Shown here one piece after another: positions 1 to 8,860 of a DNA stretch of 64,000 bases. The position numbers and the translations under genes are program-made. Numbering within the stretch: the stretch's first letter is position 1; each line of letters begins with the position of its first letter. Source of the DNA: an uncultured Actinomycetota bacterium (GTDB lineage: Bacteria > Actinomycetota > Thermoleophilia > RBG-16-64-13); the NCBI GenBank assembly GCA_963701105.1, contig OY969565.1, positions 102,396-166,395 of the forward strand. The letters run 5' to 3'. A model generated the notes under the pieces. That model was given only the letters and a program-made list of their open reading frames with translations. It was not told where the DNA came from and did not search any database.

Positions 1-911
1 TCCCGCATAATGCGCTTGACGAGTGCGTTGCCTATTATCCCGGTGAGGGAGAAGGCGGCGGTGACAACCCCGAGCAGCCACACGTAGTCGCGGCCCAGCA
101 GGTCGAGGATGTAAGGCTGCCACGAATACCAGGCGAATATGAAGAATATGCCGCTGGTGCCCGAACCCCAGAGGAGCGGACGGATCACGGGGCTGTGCCA
201 TCCGAAGGTCGCACCGGCGCGGAGGATGCGTCGAGACTCGCCTCCGAACGTGGAGAGCTTGAGCGGCCGGGGAGTGAAGCCGGCGTCTCGTATGAGGACA
301 GCCGTAACGACCAAGGCCACCCCCAGGAGGGCGGCCCGTATGATGTAGGGCCAGGACAGGCCGAATTGACCGATCACGCCCCCCAGCAGCGAACCCATGA
401 GCATCCCACCGCCGGCCGCCATCTGTCCCCAGGCGAACACCCGCTCCTTCGGCAGTTCCCATCCTGTAAAGTCGAGCGCGTCTACCAGCCACGCATCGAG
501 GGCCCCGGTCTGGAAGGTGAAACCGAGACCAAGGATGATGCTCGCTCCCAGGAATCCCCAAATCCCAAGCCCCCAGGTCGGCGTCCCAACGTAGAGCACG
601 GTCGAGATCAGCAGGGTCACCATACACAGCAGCAGGGACGCCCGGCGGCCGATGGTGTCGGCCACCACACCCGTAGGCACTTCGAAAACCATCTGCCCCA
701 CAGTGAACACCGAGTTCACGATCATGACTTCGAAGAGGCTCAGCCCGCCATTCCGGATCAGGAAGATGGTGTTGATGGCCCAGATCAGGGAAGAGGCCAA
801 GGTGAAGATGGTCTGGACGCCCAAATACCCGATGACGACCCGGCGCGACGTGTACGTCTCAGGGCCGTTCATCGCTCGTCCCCGCCAACCAAAGGTGTCT
901 CCCGTGGCCAT
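1..911 (-). CDS. MFS transporter, 3' end cut by window edge
   Basis: Absent from the ORF track because no stop lies inside the window. Reverse-strand reading from ATG at 911 gives MATGDTFGWRGRAMNGPETYTSRRVVIGYLGVQTIF...FEVPTGVVADTIGRRASLLL, with repeated hydrophobic helices and the MFS D-x-x-G-R-R loop. Alternative ATG at 872. Confidence 0.75.
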   Translation of the reverse strand, partial: MATGDTFGWRGRAMNGPETYTSRRVVIGYLGVQTIFTLASSLIWAINTIFLIRNGGLSLFEVMIVNSVFTVGQMVFEVPTGVVADTIGRRASLLLCMVTLLISTVLYVGTPTWGLGIWGFLGASIILGLGFTFQTGALDAWLVDALDFTGWELPKERVFAWGQMAAGGGMLMGSLLGGVIGQFGLSWPYIIRAALLGVALVVTAVLIRDAGFTPRPLKLSTFGGESRRILRAGATFGWHSPVIRPLLWGSGTSGIFFIFAWYSWQPYILDLLGRDYVWLLGVVTAAFSLTGIIGNALVKRIMR

Positions 912-1039
912 GGTTATCTATTCCCCGAAGGCTGTCGGGTCATTCAAGGCGGCTGAGGCGGCTCGCAGGGCCCTGTCAAAGCCGGCGGGCGCATGTAGCA
1001 CCATTTTAGAGTGCGCACACTGGGCGCCCCGCGGCGCGC

Positions 1040-1067
1040 TTGACTGACGACCGGGGTCACTTATACA
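1040..1067 (+). promoter_or_regulatory. putative sigma70-like promoter (TTGACT-16 nt-TATACA) upstream of the GNAT gene
   Basis: TTGACT at 1040-1045, 16-nt spacer, TATACA at 1062-1067, about 48 nt upstream of ATG 1116. Sequence pattern only. Confidence 0.3.
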
Positions 1068-1115
1068 GTCTGAACATCTGCCTCCACCAGCGACCTACGT
1101 ACGAGAGGAACTCCG

Positions 1116-1568
1116 ATGAGCGACGGTGCTATCCAGGTCAGACTCATGAAGCCCACGGATCTCGAGTCAATCATCAAGGTCGACGAAAGAGTCCTCAAGG
1201 TCCCACGGCGGGATTACTACTGCATGAAGTTCGAAAGGAACTTCGAACACAGGGATACCCTGCCGGCTTCAATGGTGGCGGAAGACGAAGAGGGCAATGT
1301 CGTTGGCTTTGTCATGGGGCACATCTACATGGGGGAGTATGGCATCTTCCAAGAAGAGGCGACTCTTGACACCATGGGTGTCGACCCCGATTATCAGGGC
1401 TTAGGCATCGGAGGGAAGCTGATTAGCGAATTCTTCGCCCACCTAAAGACCCTCGGTGTCCAGAAGATATACACCCTGGTCGGTTGGGATGACGCTCAAC
1501 TCGTGCGCTTCTTCAGCGCCAACGAGTTCATCCCATCAAGGACCATAAACCTTGAGAGGACTCTGTAG
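1116..1568 (+). CDS. GNAT family N-acetyltransferase
   Basis: 150 aa. Acetyl-CoA binding motif VDPDYQGLGIGGKL (Q/R-x-x-G-x-G/A) and typical GNAT length. Confidence 0.85.
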   Translation: MSDGAIQVRLMKPTDLESIIKVDERVLKVPRRDYYCMKFERNFEHRDTLPASMVAEDEEGNVVGFVMGHIYMGEYGIFQEEATLDTMGVDPDYQGLGIGGKLISEFFAHLKTLGVQKIYTLVGWDDAQLVRFFSANEFIPSRTINLERTL

Positions 1569-1637
1569 CTTCCACCTCTCCTTCCTGGCCGGCGGCTGTA
1601 GAGTCGTCGCTGTCGTCGCTGTTTTATCCGGGTGATA

Positions 1638-1665
1638 TTGACATCGTTTTCTACCCGGGTATAAT
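1638..1665 (+). promoter_or_regulatory. consensus sigma70-type promoter TTGACA-16 nt-TATAAT
   Basis: TTGACA at 1638-1643 and TATAAT at 1660-1665, both perfect hexamers, 39 nt upstream of ATG 1705. CCGGGT (1628-1633) and ACCCGG (1653-1658) form an inverted repeat bracketing the -35 element and spacer. Confidence 0.5.
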
Positions 1666-1704
1666 GCCTCGATTGATGGAGCAATCGGAGCCGAGGAGAG
1701 ATTC

Positions 1705-2328
1705 ATGGATGTCCCACAGCCACGGTCATGCACAGCCTTCGTCAACGTCGAGCGTGTCGCGTCCGGCGAACTGCAGGCCGTCGCCCTGGAGTGTAAGGCC
1801 CGTATCGACGCCGGCGAAAGCCGGCTCATACTGATCTACGACGACGCCACCGCCCAGCCCGTCGAGGTCGATCTCCGCGGCAGCGCAGACGACGTGCTGC
1901 GGCGCCTCGTCGAGGATCAAGAGCCGGATGGATTGCCGGCCGAGGCACCCGCAGGGCCGGGCACTTCGGAGAACGAGGCCGGACCTCGCGGTCCAGGGCG
2001 TCCGAGATTGGGAGTGGTGGGGCGCGAGGTGACGCTGCTGCCCCGGCATTGGGAATGGTTGAATGCGCAGCCGGGGGGAGCATCGGTCGCCCTGCGCAAG
2101 TTGGTGGAGCAGGCTCGACGCGAGAACGCGGGCAAGGACCGTGTTCGACGGGCGCAAGAGGTTGCCTTCCGGTTCATGTCTGCGATGGTGGGAAACGAGT
2201 CCGGCTTCGAAGAAGCGACGCGGGCACTCTTCGCCGGAGACAGGGAGCGCTTCGAGAGCTACTCGGCCTCGTGGCCGGTGGACCTACGGGAATACGCGCG
2301 CGCCTTGGCGGCGGATGCGTTCGCCTGA
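1705..2328 (+). CDS. DUF2239 family protein
   Basis: 207 aa. The segment GRPRLGVVGREVTLLPRHWEWLNAQPGGASVALRKLVEQARR and the C-terminal FEEATRALFAGDRERF match my recollection of DUF2239. Needs HMM confirmation. Confidence 0.6.
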   Translation: MDVPQPRSCTAFVNVERVASGELQAVALECKARIDAGESRLILIYDDATAQPVEVDLRGSADDVLRRLVEDQEPDGLPAEAPAGPGTSENEAGPRGPGRPRLGVVGREVTLLPRHWEWLNAQPGGASVALRKLVEQARRENAGKDRVRRAQEVAFRFMSAMVGNESGFEEATRALFAGDRERFESYSASWPVDLREYARALAADAFA

Positions 2329-2399
2329 GGCCGCGGGTGCCGGACCGCGGCCCGATCGGGCTGGGGTCCGGCCCAGGCTGAGTCACCCGCGCGGCGGCT

Positions 2400-3194
2400 C
2401 TACTCGCGCGCGGCGTTCGCCACGATGGCATCGCACACGTACTGCGCCATGCCGGCGTGGATCTTCTCGTAGGTGGCCGTGAAGCGCGGGTCGGCCACGT
2501 ACATGCGCCCCAGGTTCTCGTGCATCTCGCGCGAGCAGGGGTAGAACCAACGGTCTATCTGCAGGCGGTGCCGTTCCACCTGATCCATGGCGCGGGGATC
2601 ATCGGGCGGGACACCCTCGTCCATGAGCTCAGCGATAGCCGCGTTGATCTCCTCGCTCTCCGCTTTGAACCTCTCCCAATCCGCTTTCGTATAGCCCTTG
2701 GTGCGCCGCGCCGACTCCTTGTAGGCCTCGGTGTGTCCCCAGCGCTCCTTGACCTCTTCCTCGTGCTCGGCCGGGTCGAAGCCGTCGAACACCTCGAACA
2801 TCTCCTCTTTGGTCATGCCGAACCCTCCTTCCAGGGATACCAGTGTCTTGTCGATGAGACCGAGGAGCGCCCCCAAGCGGGCCATCTGCTCGTGCAGGAG
2901 GCTGCGCTGCTCGAGCAACGCCTCGCGGCGGTCGAACGCAGGGTCGGCCATGAGCTCCCGGATCTCGTCCAGCGAGAAGCCGAGCTCCTTGTAGAAGAGC
3001 ACATTCTGCAGCCGTTCCAGGTCGTCCGGCGTGTAGAGCCGGTACCCCGAATCCGAGCGTGCCGAAGGCGTCAGAAGGCCCACCTGGTCGTAGTGGTGCA
3101 GCGTGCGGACGCTCACGTGCGCCAGCCGTGCCACTTCACCCACCTTGAAGAAAGGCTCGGGCGCTGTCTGAGGTCGTGTCTTCGGTCTCACCAT
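2400..3194 (-). CDS. MerR family transcriptional regulator with TipAS-like C-terminal antibiotic-recognition domain
   Basis: 264 aa. N-terminal MerR HTH FKVGEVARLAHVSVRTLHHYDQVGLL, a coiled-coil linker, and a TipAS-like C-terminus (WGHTEAYKES...FTATYEKIHAGMAQY). Confidence 0.9.
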   Translation of the reverse strand: MVRPKTRPQTAPEPFFKVGEVARLAHVSVRTLHHYDQVGLLTPSARSDSGYRLYTPDDLERLQNVLFYKELGFSLDEIRELMADPAFDRREALLEQRSLLHEQMARLGALLGLIDKTLVSLEGGFGMTKEEMFEVFDGFDPAEHEEEVKERWGHTEAYKESARRTKGYTKADWERFKAESEEINAAIAELMDEGVPPDDPRAMDQVERHRLQIDRWFYPCSREMHENLGRMYVADPRFTATYEKIHAGMAQYVCDAIVANAARE

Positions 3195-3200
3195 GAGAAT

Positions 3201-3231
3201 AGCTTAGACCATGACGTTACGTCAGGGTCAA
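3201..3231 (-). promoter_or_regulatory. MerR-type promoter with 19-nt spacer holding a perfect palindrome; predicts leaderless merR mRNA
   Basis: On the minus strand: TTGACC (3226-3231), 19-nt spacer containing TGACGTaACGTCA (palindrome 3212-3224), TAAGCT (3201-3206), then 6 nt to ATG at 3194. Confidence 0.5.
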
Positions 3232-3387
3232 GCCCGGTCCCAAGATGGGAGGCTTGGTCTCGTTCCTGCGGTTCATGGGAGGTCTCAGCAGGACGTGGTC
3301 TGGTCTGGTCCGGATGGATACAATGTGCGGGCGTCTACGAAGAGGTGCGGGCATGGGGCCGGCCCTCAAGCACGATGGGAGTTGAGG

Positions 3388-4470
3388 ATGCGCTACGACA
3401 TCGCGGTGCTGCCCGGCGACGGCACGGGCCCGGAGGTGGTGCGGGAGGGTCTGAAAGTCCTGCGCGCCGCGGGCGAGCGGGCCGGGTTCTCCTACGATCT
3501 GCACGAGTACGACTTCGGCGCGGACCGGTACCTCCGCAGCGGTGAGACTCTTCCCGATTCAGGCGTGAAGGAGTTGGCGGGCCACGACGCCATATTCCTT
3601 GGCGCCATCGGTCATCCGGATGTGAAGCCGGGCATCCTCGAACAAGGCATATTGCTCAAAGCCCGCTTCGCTCTCGATCTCTACATCAACCTGAGGCCGG
3701 TAAAACTGTATCCAGGTGTGGAGACGCCGCTCAGAGACAAGGGTCCCGCCGACATCGACTTCGTGGTGGTACGCGAGAACACCGAGGGCCTCTACGCGTC
3801 CACGGGAGGCTTTCTCAAGAAGGGCACTCCCGACGAGATCGCCGTGCAGGAGAGCGTGAACACGCGCAAGGGGGCCGAACGCTGCATCCGGTACGCGTAC
3901 GAGTACGCCGGCCGACCCGATCGTCACGGCAAGCTCACGCTCTGCGGCAAGACGAACGTGCTCACGTACGCGTGGGATTTGTGGTGGAGAGCGTTCAACG
4001 AGGTAGGTGAAGCCGACTACCCCGGCATCACCCGTGACTACGCGCACGTGGACGCCATCGTCATGTGGTTCGTGAAGAACCCGGAGTGGTTCGACGTGAT
4101 CGTCACCGACAACATGTTCGGCGACATCATCACCGACTTGGCCGCCATGATCCAAGGCGGCCTGGGCATCGCCGCGGGAGGCAACATCAACCCCGAGGGC
4201 ACGGCCATGTTCGAGCCCATGGGCGGATCGGCCCCCAAGTACGCCGGCCAGAACGCCATCAACCCGCTGGCCGCCATCTCCGCTTTGCAGATGATGCTCG
4301 ATCACCTCGGTCAAAAAGAGGCGGCGCGCTGGGTGGAGGCGGGTATCATCCACGCCATAAGCCGTATGGACTCACTGGCCGCGGGCAAGATGGGCATGAC
4401 CACCAGCGACGTGGGCGATGTGGTGGCACGTCACGTAGCCGAGGGCGCGGTCACGGAAGCCGGGTGGTAG
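3388..4470 (+). CDS. leuB: 3-isopropylmalate dehydrogenase (isocitrate/isopropylmalate dehydrogenase family)
   Basis: Track ORF 3211-4470 trimmed to ATG 3388, which is preceded by GGAGTTGAGG. MRYDIAVLPGDGTGPEVV, NLRPVKLYPG, VVRENTEGLY and NMFGDIITDLAA are family motifs, close to actinobacterial LeuB. Adjacent to cimA. Confidence 0.85.
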   Translation: MRYDIAVLPGDGTGPEVVREGLKVLRAAGERAGFSYDLHEYDFGADRYLRSGETLPDSGVKELAGHDAIFLGAIGHPDVKPGILEQGILLKARFALDLYINLRPVKLYPGVETPLRDKGPADIDFVVVRENTEGLYASTGGFLKKGTPDEIAVQESVNTRKGAERCIRYAYEYAGRPDRHGKLTLCGKTNVLTYAWDLWWRAFNEVGEADYPGITRDYAHVDAIVMWFVKNPEWFDVIVTDNMFGDIITDLAAMIQGGLGIAAGGNINPEGTAMFEPMGGSAPKYAGQNAINPLAAISALQMMLDHLGQKEAARWVEAGIIHAISRMDSLAAGKMGMTTSDVGDVVARHVAEGAVTEAGW

Positions 4471-4568
4471 GAGCGCGAGGCCTGGTGGGCGCGCGAGGCC
4501 CAGTGCGCACGTCCGCGCGCCGTCCGTGCGCAGTCCGCGCCATGTGTTAGCGTATCCATTCTGATCGC

Positions 4569-6155
4569 ATGAACACGCCCCGAGACATAGTCCTCTACGA
4601 CACCACCTTGCGCGACGGCATGCAGCGCGAGGGCATGAGCGTGTCGGTGGAGGAGAAGATCCGTATCGCCCAGCGCCTGGCGGCCATAGGCATCCACGTG
4701 GTCGAGGGCGGTTTCCCGGGATCCAATCCCAAAGACGCCGAGTTCTTCGCCCGCATGGCCAACGTCGATCTGGGCAGCACCAGAGTGAGCGCCTTCGGCA
4801 TGACGCGGGCACGAGGCGTCTCGGCCGCCGACGACCCGGTGGTGCGCACCCTCGCCGAGAGCTGGGCACCCATCTCCTGCGTGGTGGGCAAGACCTGGGC
4901 TTTACACGTGGAGAAGGTGCTCAAGGTCGATCGCGACGAGAACCTGCGCATGATCGACGAGTCGATCCGCTTCCTGCGCGGTGAGGGCAAAGAGGTGGTC
5001 TACGACGCCGAACACTTCTTCGACGCCTACGCGGAGCATCCCGACTATGCTCTCGAGTGCGTGCGCGCCGCGGCGAACGCCGGGGCGGGCACCGTGGTCC
5101 TGTGCGACACCAACGGGGCCACGCTGCCGGTCGCCCTGGGGGAGGTAGTCGCCGAGGTGAGACGCGTCATCGGCGATACGGTCTATCTGGGCATACACGC
5201 GCACAACGACAGCGCCTGCGCGGTGGCGAACTCCCTGGTGGCGGTGGAGAAGGGCGTGACCCACGTGCAGGGCACCATCAACGGCTACGGAGAGCGCTGC
5301 GGCAACGCCGATCTCTGCGCGATCATCCCCTCTTTGAAGTTGAAGATGGGCCGCGACTGCATGACCGACGAGAATCTGGCGAGGCTCACCGATACGTCGC
5401 ACTTCGTCGCCGAACTCTGCAACGTGTCGCCGGATCCCCACCAGGCCTACGTGGGCAGGAACGCCTTCGCGCACAAGGGCGGATTGCACGTCTCCGGCAT
5501 CTCCGTGGATCCGCGCACCTTCGAGCACGTGCCGCCCAGCGCTGTGGGGAATGTGCCGCACATCCTGGTATCGGAGTTGTCGGGGAGAGGGACCGTGCGC
5601 CGGCGACTCGAGGACCTGGGCGTACAGGTGGAATCGGGCGACCAGGTGGTGGAGCGGCTGCTCCAGCGGCTCAAGCAGAAGGAGCATGAGGGCTACCACT
5701 ACGAGGCGGCCGACGCCTCGTTCGAGTTGCTCCTGCTGGCCGAGTTGGGGCAGCGCATCGAGTACTTCCGGCTGGAGAGTTTCCGCATCATCGTGGAGAA
5801 GCGCGCCGACGGCGCGGTGATGACCGAAGCCACCATCAAGGTGCACGTCGACGGTGATCGGGTTATCCAGACGGCCGAAGGGAACGGTCCCGTGAACGCC
5901 CTCGACAAGGCCCTCCGCCTGGCCATAGAGAGCAAGTATCCCCATCTAGGCGAGATCCACCTGGTGAACTTCAAGGTGCGCATCCTCGACGAGAACAAAG
6001 GCACGGGGGCCGTGACTCGGGTGCTCATCGACTCCTCCGACGGCAGCGACTCGTGGGGCAGCGTCGGGGTGAGCGAGAACCTCGTGGAAGCCTCCTGGCA
6101 GGCCTTGGTCGACTCGCTGAATTATGGCCTCTACCGCCCGCGGATGACCGACTGA
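4569..6155 (+). CDS. cimA: citramalate synthase / LeuA-related 2-alkylmalate synthase
   Basis: 528 aa. LYDTTLRDGMQREG HMGL-like N-terminus, HAHNDSACAVANSL, and a LeuA-type C-terminal dimerisation domain. The length fits the CimA subgroup. Confidence 0.75.
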   Translation: MNTPRDIVLYDTTLRDGMQREGMSVSVEEKIRIAQRLAAIGIHVVEGGFPGSNPKDAEFFARMANVDLGSTRVSAFGMTRARGVSAADDPVVRTLAESWAPISCVVGKTWALHVEKVLKVDRDENLRMIDESIRFLRGEGKEVVYDAEHFFDAYAEHPDYALECVRAAANAGAGTVVLCDTNGATLPVALGEVVAEVRRVIGDTVYLGIHAHNDSACAVANSLVAVEKGVTHVQGTINGYGERCGNADLCAIIPSLKLKMGRDCMTDENLARLTDTSHFVAELCNVSPDPHQAYVGRNAFAHKGGLHVSGISVDPRTFEHVPPSAVGNVPHILVSELSGRGTVRRRLEDLGVQVESGDQVVERLLQRLKQKEHEGYHYEAADASFELLLLAELGQRIEYFRLESFRIIVEKRADGAVMTEATIKVHVDGDRVIQTAEGNGPVNALDKALRLAIESKYPHLGEIHLVNFKVRILDENKGTGAVTRVLIDSSDGSDSWGSVGVSENLVEASWQALVDSLNYGLYRPRMTD

Positions 6156-6185
6156 TCCTCTGGTTCGGGGTGGTTTTCGAACCTC

Positions 6186-6214
6186 TTGACAGAGCAGCTC
6201 GCGAAGCGTACACT
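6186..6214 (+). promoter_or_regulatory. putative promoter TTGACA-17 nt-TACACT upstream of feoAB
   Basis: TTGACA at 6186-6191, 17-nt spacer, TACACT at 6209-6214. Pattern only. Confidence 0.4.
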
Positions 6215-6285
6215 TCTGCCTGTGATTAGGGTATCCTAAGAACTGGTTATTGGAAACCCTCCTAGTGGCTCGGGGGCATTCAGAT

Positions 6286-6609
6286 ATGACGCTTCTTCAG
6301 GCAAAGAAAGGCTGTCCGGTGCGGATCCTCGAGATCCCCGACGATCGGGCGCGCGCTCAATGCGTACGCTTCGGCATCGGTGAAGGCACGCTCGTGGATT
6401 CGGCAGAGACCCTGATGGCCGGCCCGGTTCTCGTGCGTCACTGCAACCAAGAGATCTGTGTGGGCCGCAAACTGGCTTCGAGCATCCTGGTGGAAGCCGA
6501 CACGAAAGCTGCGACCCCGAACGATACGGGGGCACCTGAGACGGCCGGCCGGCGCGCAGGGACCTTCGCGCGCCGCCGTCACCGCGGCCTTCGGGGCCGC
6601 CGGGCATGA
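6286..6609 (+). CDS. feoA: ferrous iron transport protein A (FeoA domain)
   Basis: MTLLQAKKGCPVRILEIPDDRARAQCVRFGIGEGTLVD...VGRKLASSILVE is FeoA-like. Stop overlaps the feoB ATG (ATGA at 6606-6609). Start chosen at Met13 of track ORF 6250. Confidence 0.75.
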   Translation: MTLLQAKKGCPVRILEIPDDRARAQCVRFGIGEGTLVDSAETLMAGPVLVRHCNQEICVGRKLASSILVEADTKAATPNDTGAPETAGRRAGTFARRRHRGLRGRRA

Positions 6610-8486
6610 CCCCGGAGGTCGCGTCGCACCACGCCTGCCACGGAGCTCCGGTGGTCCAGGCTCCGGAAGGCGCGCGCAAGATCGTCCTCGCCGGCAACCC
6701 CAACGTCGGCAAGTCGCTGTTCTTCAACGCTTTCACCGGGCTCTACGTCGACGTCTCGAACTTCCCCGGCACGACGGTGGCAGTGTCGAGCGGTGTCATG
6801 GGCGACGACGTGGTGCTCGATACGCCCGGCGTCTACGGCGTCTCCTCCTTCAACGACGAGGAGACGGTGGCCCGCGACATCATCACCGAGGCCGACGTGG
6901 TGCTGAACGTCGCGGACGCGGTGCACCTGGAGCGCGACCTTTTCCTCACCGTCCAACTCATCGACATGGGGCTTCCCGTGGTGGTGGCCCTCAACATGAT
7001 GGACGAGGCCGAGCAGCACGGCATGAGCATCGACGTGGAAGCCCTGTCCGCTCGCCTGGGGGTGGAAGTGATCCCCACTGTGGCCACCTCGCGCAAGGGC
7101 TTCGAAGAGGCGAAAGAGGCTCTTTTCCGGGCCCATCCGGGCGCCTTGGACCCGGTGCTGCAGGACCGCATCCTCGGCCTGCTCGACCGCGTAGGCACGA
7201 CCGCGGAGGCGCTGCTGGTGCTGGAGGGCGATCCGTTCGTGGCCGAGCGCCACGGCATCGAGCCTCTGGGAGCGCGAGACGAGATCTACATGGATCGGCG
7301 CCGTCGGGTCAACGACATCGTCGCGGCGGTGGTGCGCCAAAGAGACCGCAGTCTCGACCTGCGTACGCGTTTGGGTCACGCCCTGATGCGCCCGCTCACG
7401 GGGCTGCCCGTATTGGCCGTCGTTCTGTGGCTGATGTACGAAGTGATCGGTGTGGTGGTGGCTCAGACCGTCGTTGGTTTCACCGAGGGGACGGTCATGC
7501 AGGGCTACGTCGAACCCGCGATCCGCTCGGCGATCGAGAGCGTGGCGGGCACCGGTGTGGCCTATAAACTGCTGGCCGGCGAGTTCGGCGTGGTCACCCT
7601 CACGCTCACCTACATACTCGGGCTGCTCCTGCCGTTGGTCATCGGTTTCTACCTGCTGCTTTCGGTGCTCGAGGACTCCGGCTACCTGCCCCGCATCGCC
7701 GCCCTGACCGACCGGATGATGACCGCCATCGGCCTGAACGGTCGCGCGATCATCCCCATAATCCTCGGTTTCGGCTGCATCACCATGGCCACCATCACCA
7801 CGCGCATCTTAGGCAACGAGCGGGAGAGGAAGATCGCGACGGCCCTCATGGCCTTCGCCATCCCCTGCTCGGCGCAGCTCGGTGTGATCGTGGCCTTGCT
7901 GGCCGCGGCGGGCGGGCTGGGCATCACCATCGCCTACGGGGCCATCATGTTCCTGGTCTTCGGCCTTGTGGGACTGGGGCTTGCCCGTTACCTGCCGGGC
8001 ACATCGACCGACCTCCTGATAGACCTGCCTCCGCTGCGTCTCCCGCGGCCCGTGAACGTGCTGCAGAAGACCTACCACAAGACCGTGATGTTCGTGCGCG
8101 AGGTGTGGCTCTACTTCGCCGCCGGGGCCCTGCTGCTTGGGGTCCTGCAGGTGACGGGGATACTGGAGGCCGCTCAGGGCGCGCTAGCGCCCCTCACCGA
8201 GAACTGGCTCCACCTTCCCCGTGAGGCCGCCACCGCCTTCATCATGGGCTTCGTGCGCCGGGACTTCGGCGCTGCCGGGCTCTACGACCTCGGGCTGAGC
8301 GGCGGAGGTATCCTCGTAGCTCTGGTCACCATCACTCTGTTCGTCCCCTGCATCGCCTCGGTGCTTGTGATCATGAAGGAACGCGGCCGGGCCTTCACCG
8401 TGTTCACGTGGGTGGGGAGCGTGGCGTTGGCGTTCACGGTGGGCGGGCTCATCGCCCAGGCTATCTCCTGGCTGGGGGCGGCTTGA
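6606..8486 (+). CDS. feoB: ferrous iron transporter FeoB
   Basis: 626 aa. G-domain GNPNVGKSLFFN...FPGTTV...DTPG, followed by a polytopic membrane domain. Confidence 0.95.
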   Translation: MTPEVASHHACHGAPVVQAPEGARKIVLAGNPNVGKSLFFNAFTGLYVDVSNFPGTTVAVSSGVMGDDVVLDTPGVYGVSSFNDEETVARDIITEADVVLNVADAVHLERDLFLTVQLIDMGLPVVVALNMMDEAEQHGMSIDVEALSARLGVEVIPTVATSRKGFEEAKEALFRAHPGALDPVLQDRILGLLDRVGTTAEALLVLEGDPFVAERHGIEPLGARDEIYMDRRRRVNDIVAAVVRQRDRSLDLRTRLGHALMRPLTGLPVLAVVLWLMYEVIGVVVAQTVVGFTEGTVMQGYVEPAIRSAIESVAGTGVAYKLLAGEFGVVTLTLTYILGLLLPLVIGFYLLLSVLEDSGYLPRIAALTDRMMTAIGLNGRAIIPIILGFGCITMATITTRILGNERERKIATALMAFAIPCSAQLGVIVALLAAAGGLGITIAYGAIMFLVFGLVGLGLARYLPGTSTDLLIDLPPLRLPRPVNVLQKTYHKTVMFVREVWLYFAAGALLLGVLQVTGILEAAQGALAPLTENWLHLPREAATAFIMGFVRRDFGAAGLYDLGLSGGGILVALVTITLFVPCIASVLVIMKERGRAFTVFTWVGSVALAFTVGGLIAQAISWLGAA

Positions 8487-8487
8487 C

Positions 8488-8727
8488 ATGGCGGCCTCTC
8501 GGGCGAAACCCGTTTCTTCGGACCTCGGGGCATCGAGTCCGCGCCCAGCGGATCCCGCATCCTGTTCGGTCCACATAACCTGTCCGCGGTGCGGGCTCCA
8601 GATGGGAGTCATCGCACTCGTGTGCCCGCGCTGCCGCGAGCCGCTCTCCCTTGGCTGCGACGGGGATTGCTCCGCGTGTCACTCCAAGAGTGTGCCTTCC
8701 GACGCCTGCCTTTCCGAGGACGCTTAG
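8488..8727 (+). CDS. small Cys-rich (zinc-ribbon-like) protein downstream of feoB
   Basis: 79 aa starting 2 nt after the feoB stop. CPRCG...CPRC plus GCDGDCSAC. GC-rich third codon positions. No homology established. Confidence 0.35.
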   Translation: MAASRAKPVSSDLGASSPRPADPASCSVHITCPRCGLQMGVIALVCPRCREPLSLGCDGDCSACHSKSVPSDACLSEDA

Positions 8728-8860
8728 AGTCCTCCGCCTTCCTCCCGACGCGTCTGACCCGGCCCGTTCCGGAGCCGCTGAGAGCGGACAGAGCACCGCT
8801 GGTGGTCTTCTTCGCGCTTGAGGTCCTCGAGGGATACGGGTAGAATCGTAAGGTCGTCGC

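Noticed and set aside
2457-3545. Long Arg/Gly/Pro-rich ORFs in the track that overlap real genes on the opposite strand or in other frames. Examples: 2457-3545, 3559-4353, 4902-5945, 6458-7567, 10085-11866, 14304-15953, 20179-21165, 25842-26822, 39442-40440, 46030-47160, 50346-51611, 55477-56463, 61045-62046.
   Set aside because: Typical shadow ORFs of a high-GC genome. Low-complexity Arg-rich composition, no recognisable domains, and each fully overlaps a gene with strong family motifs.
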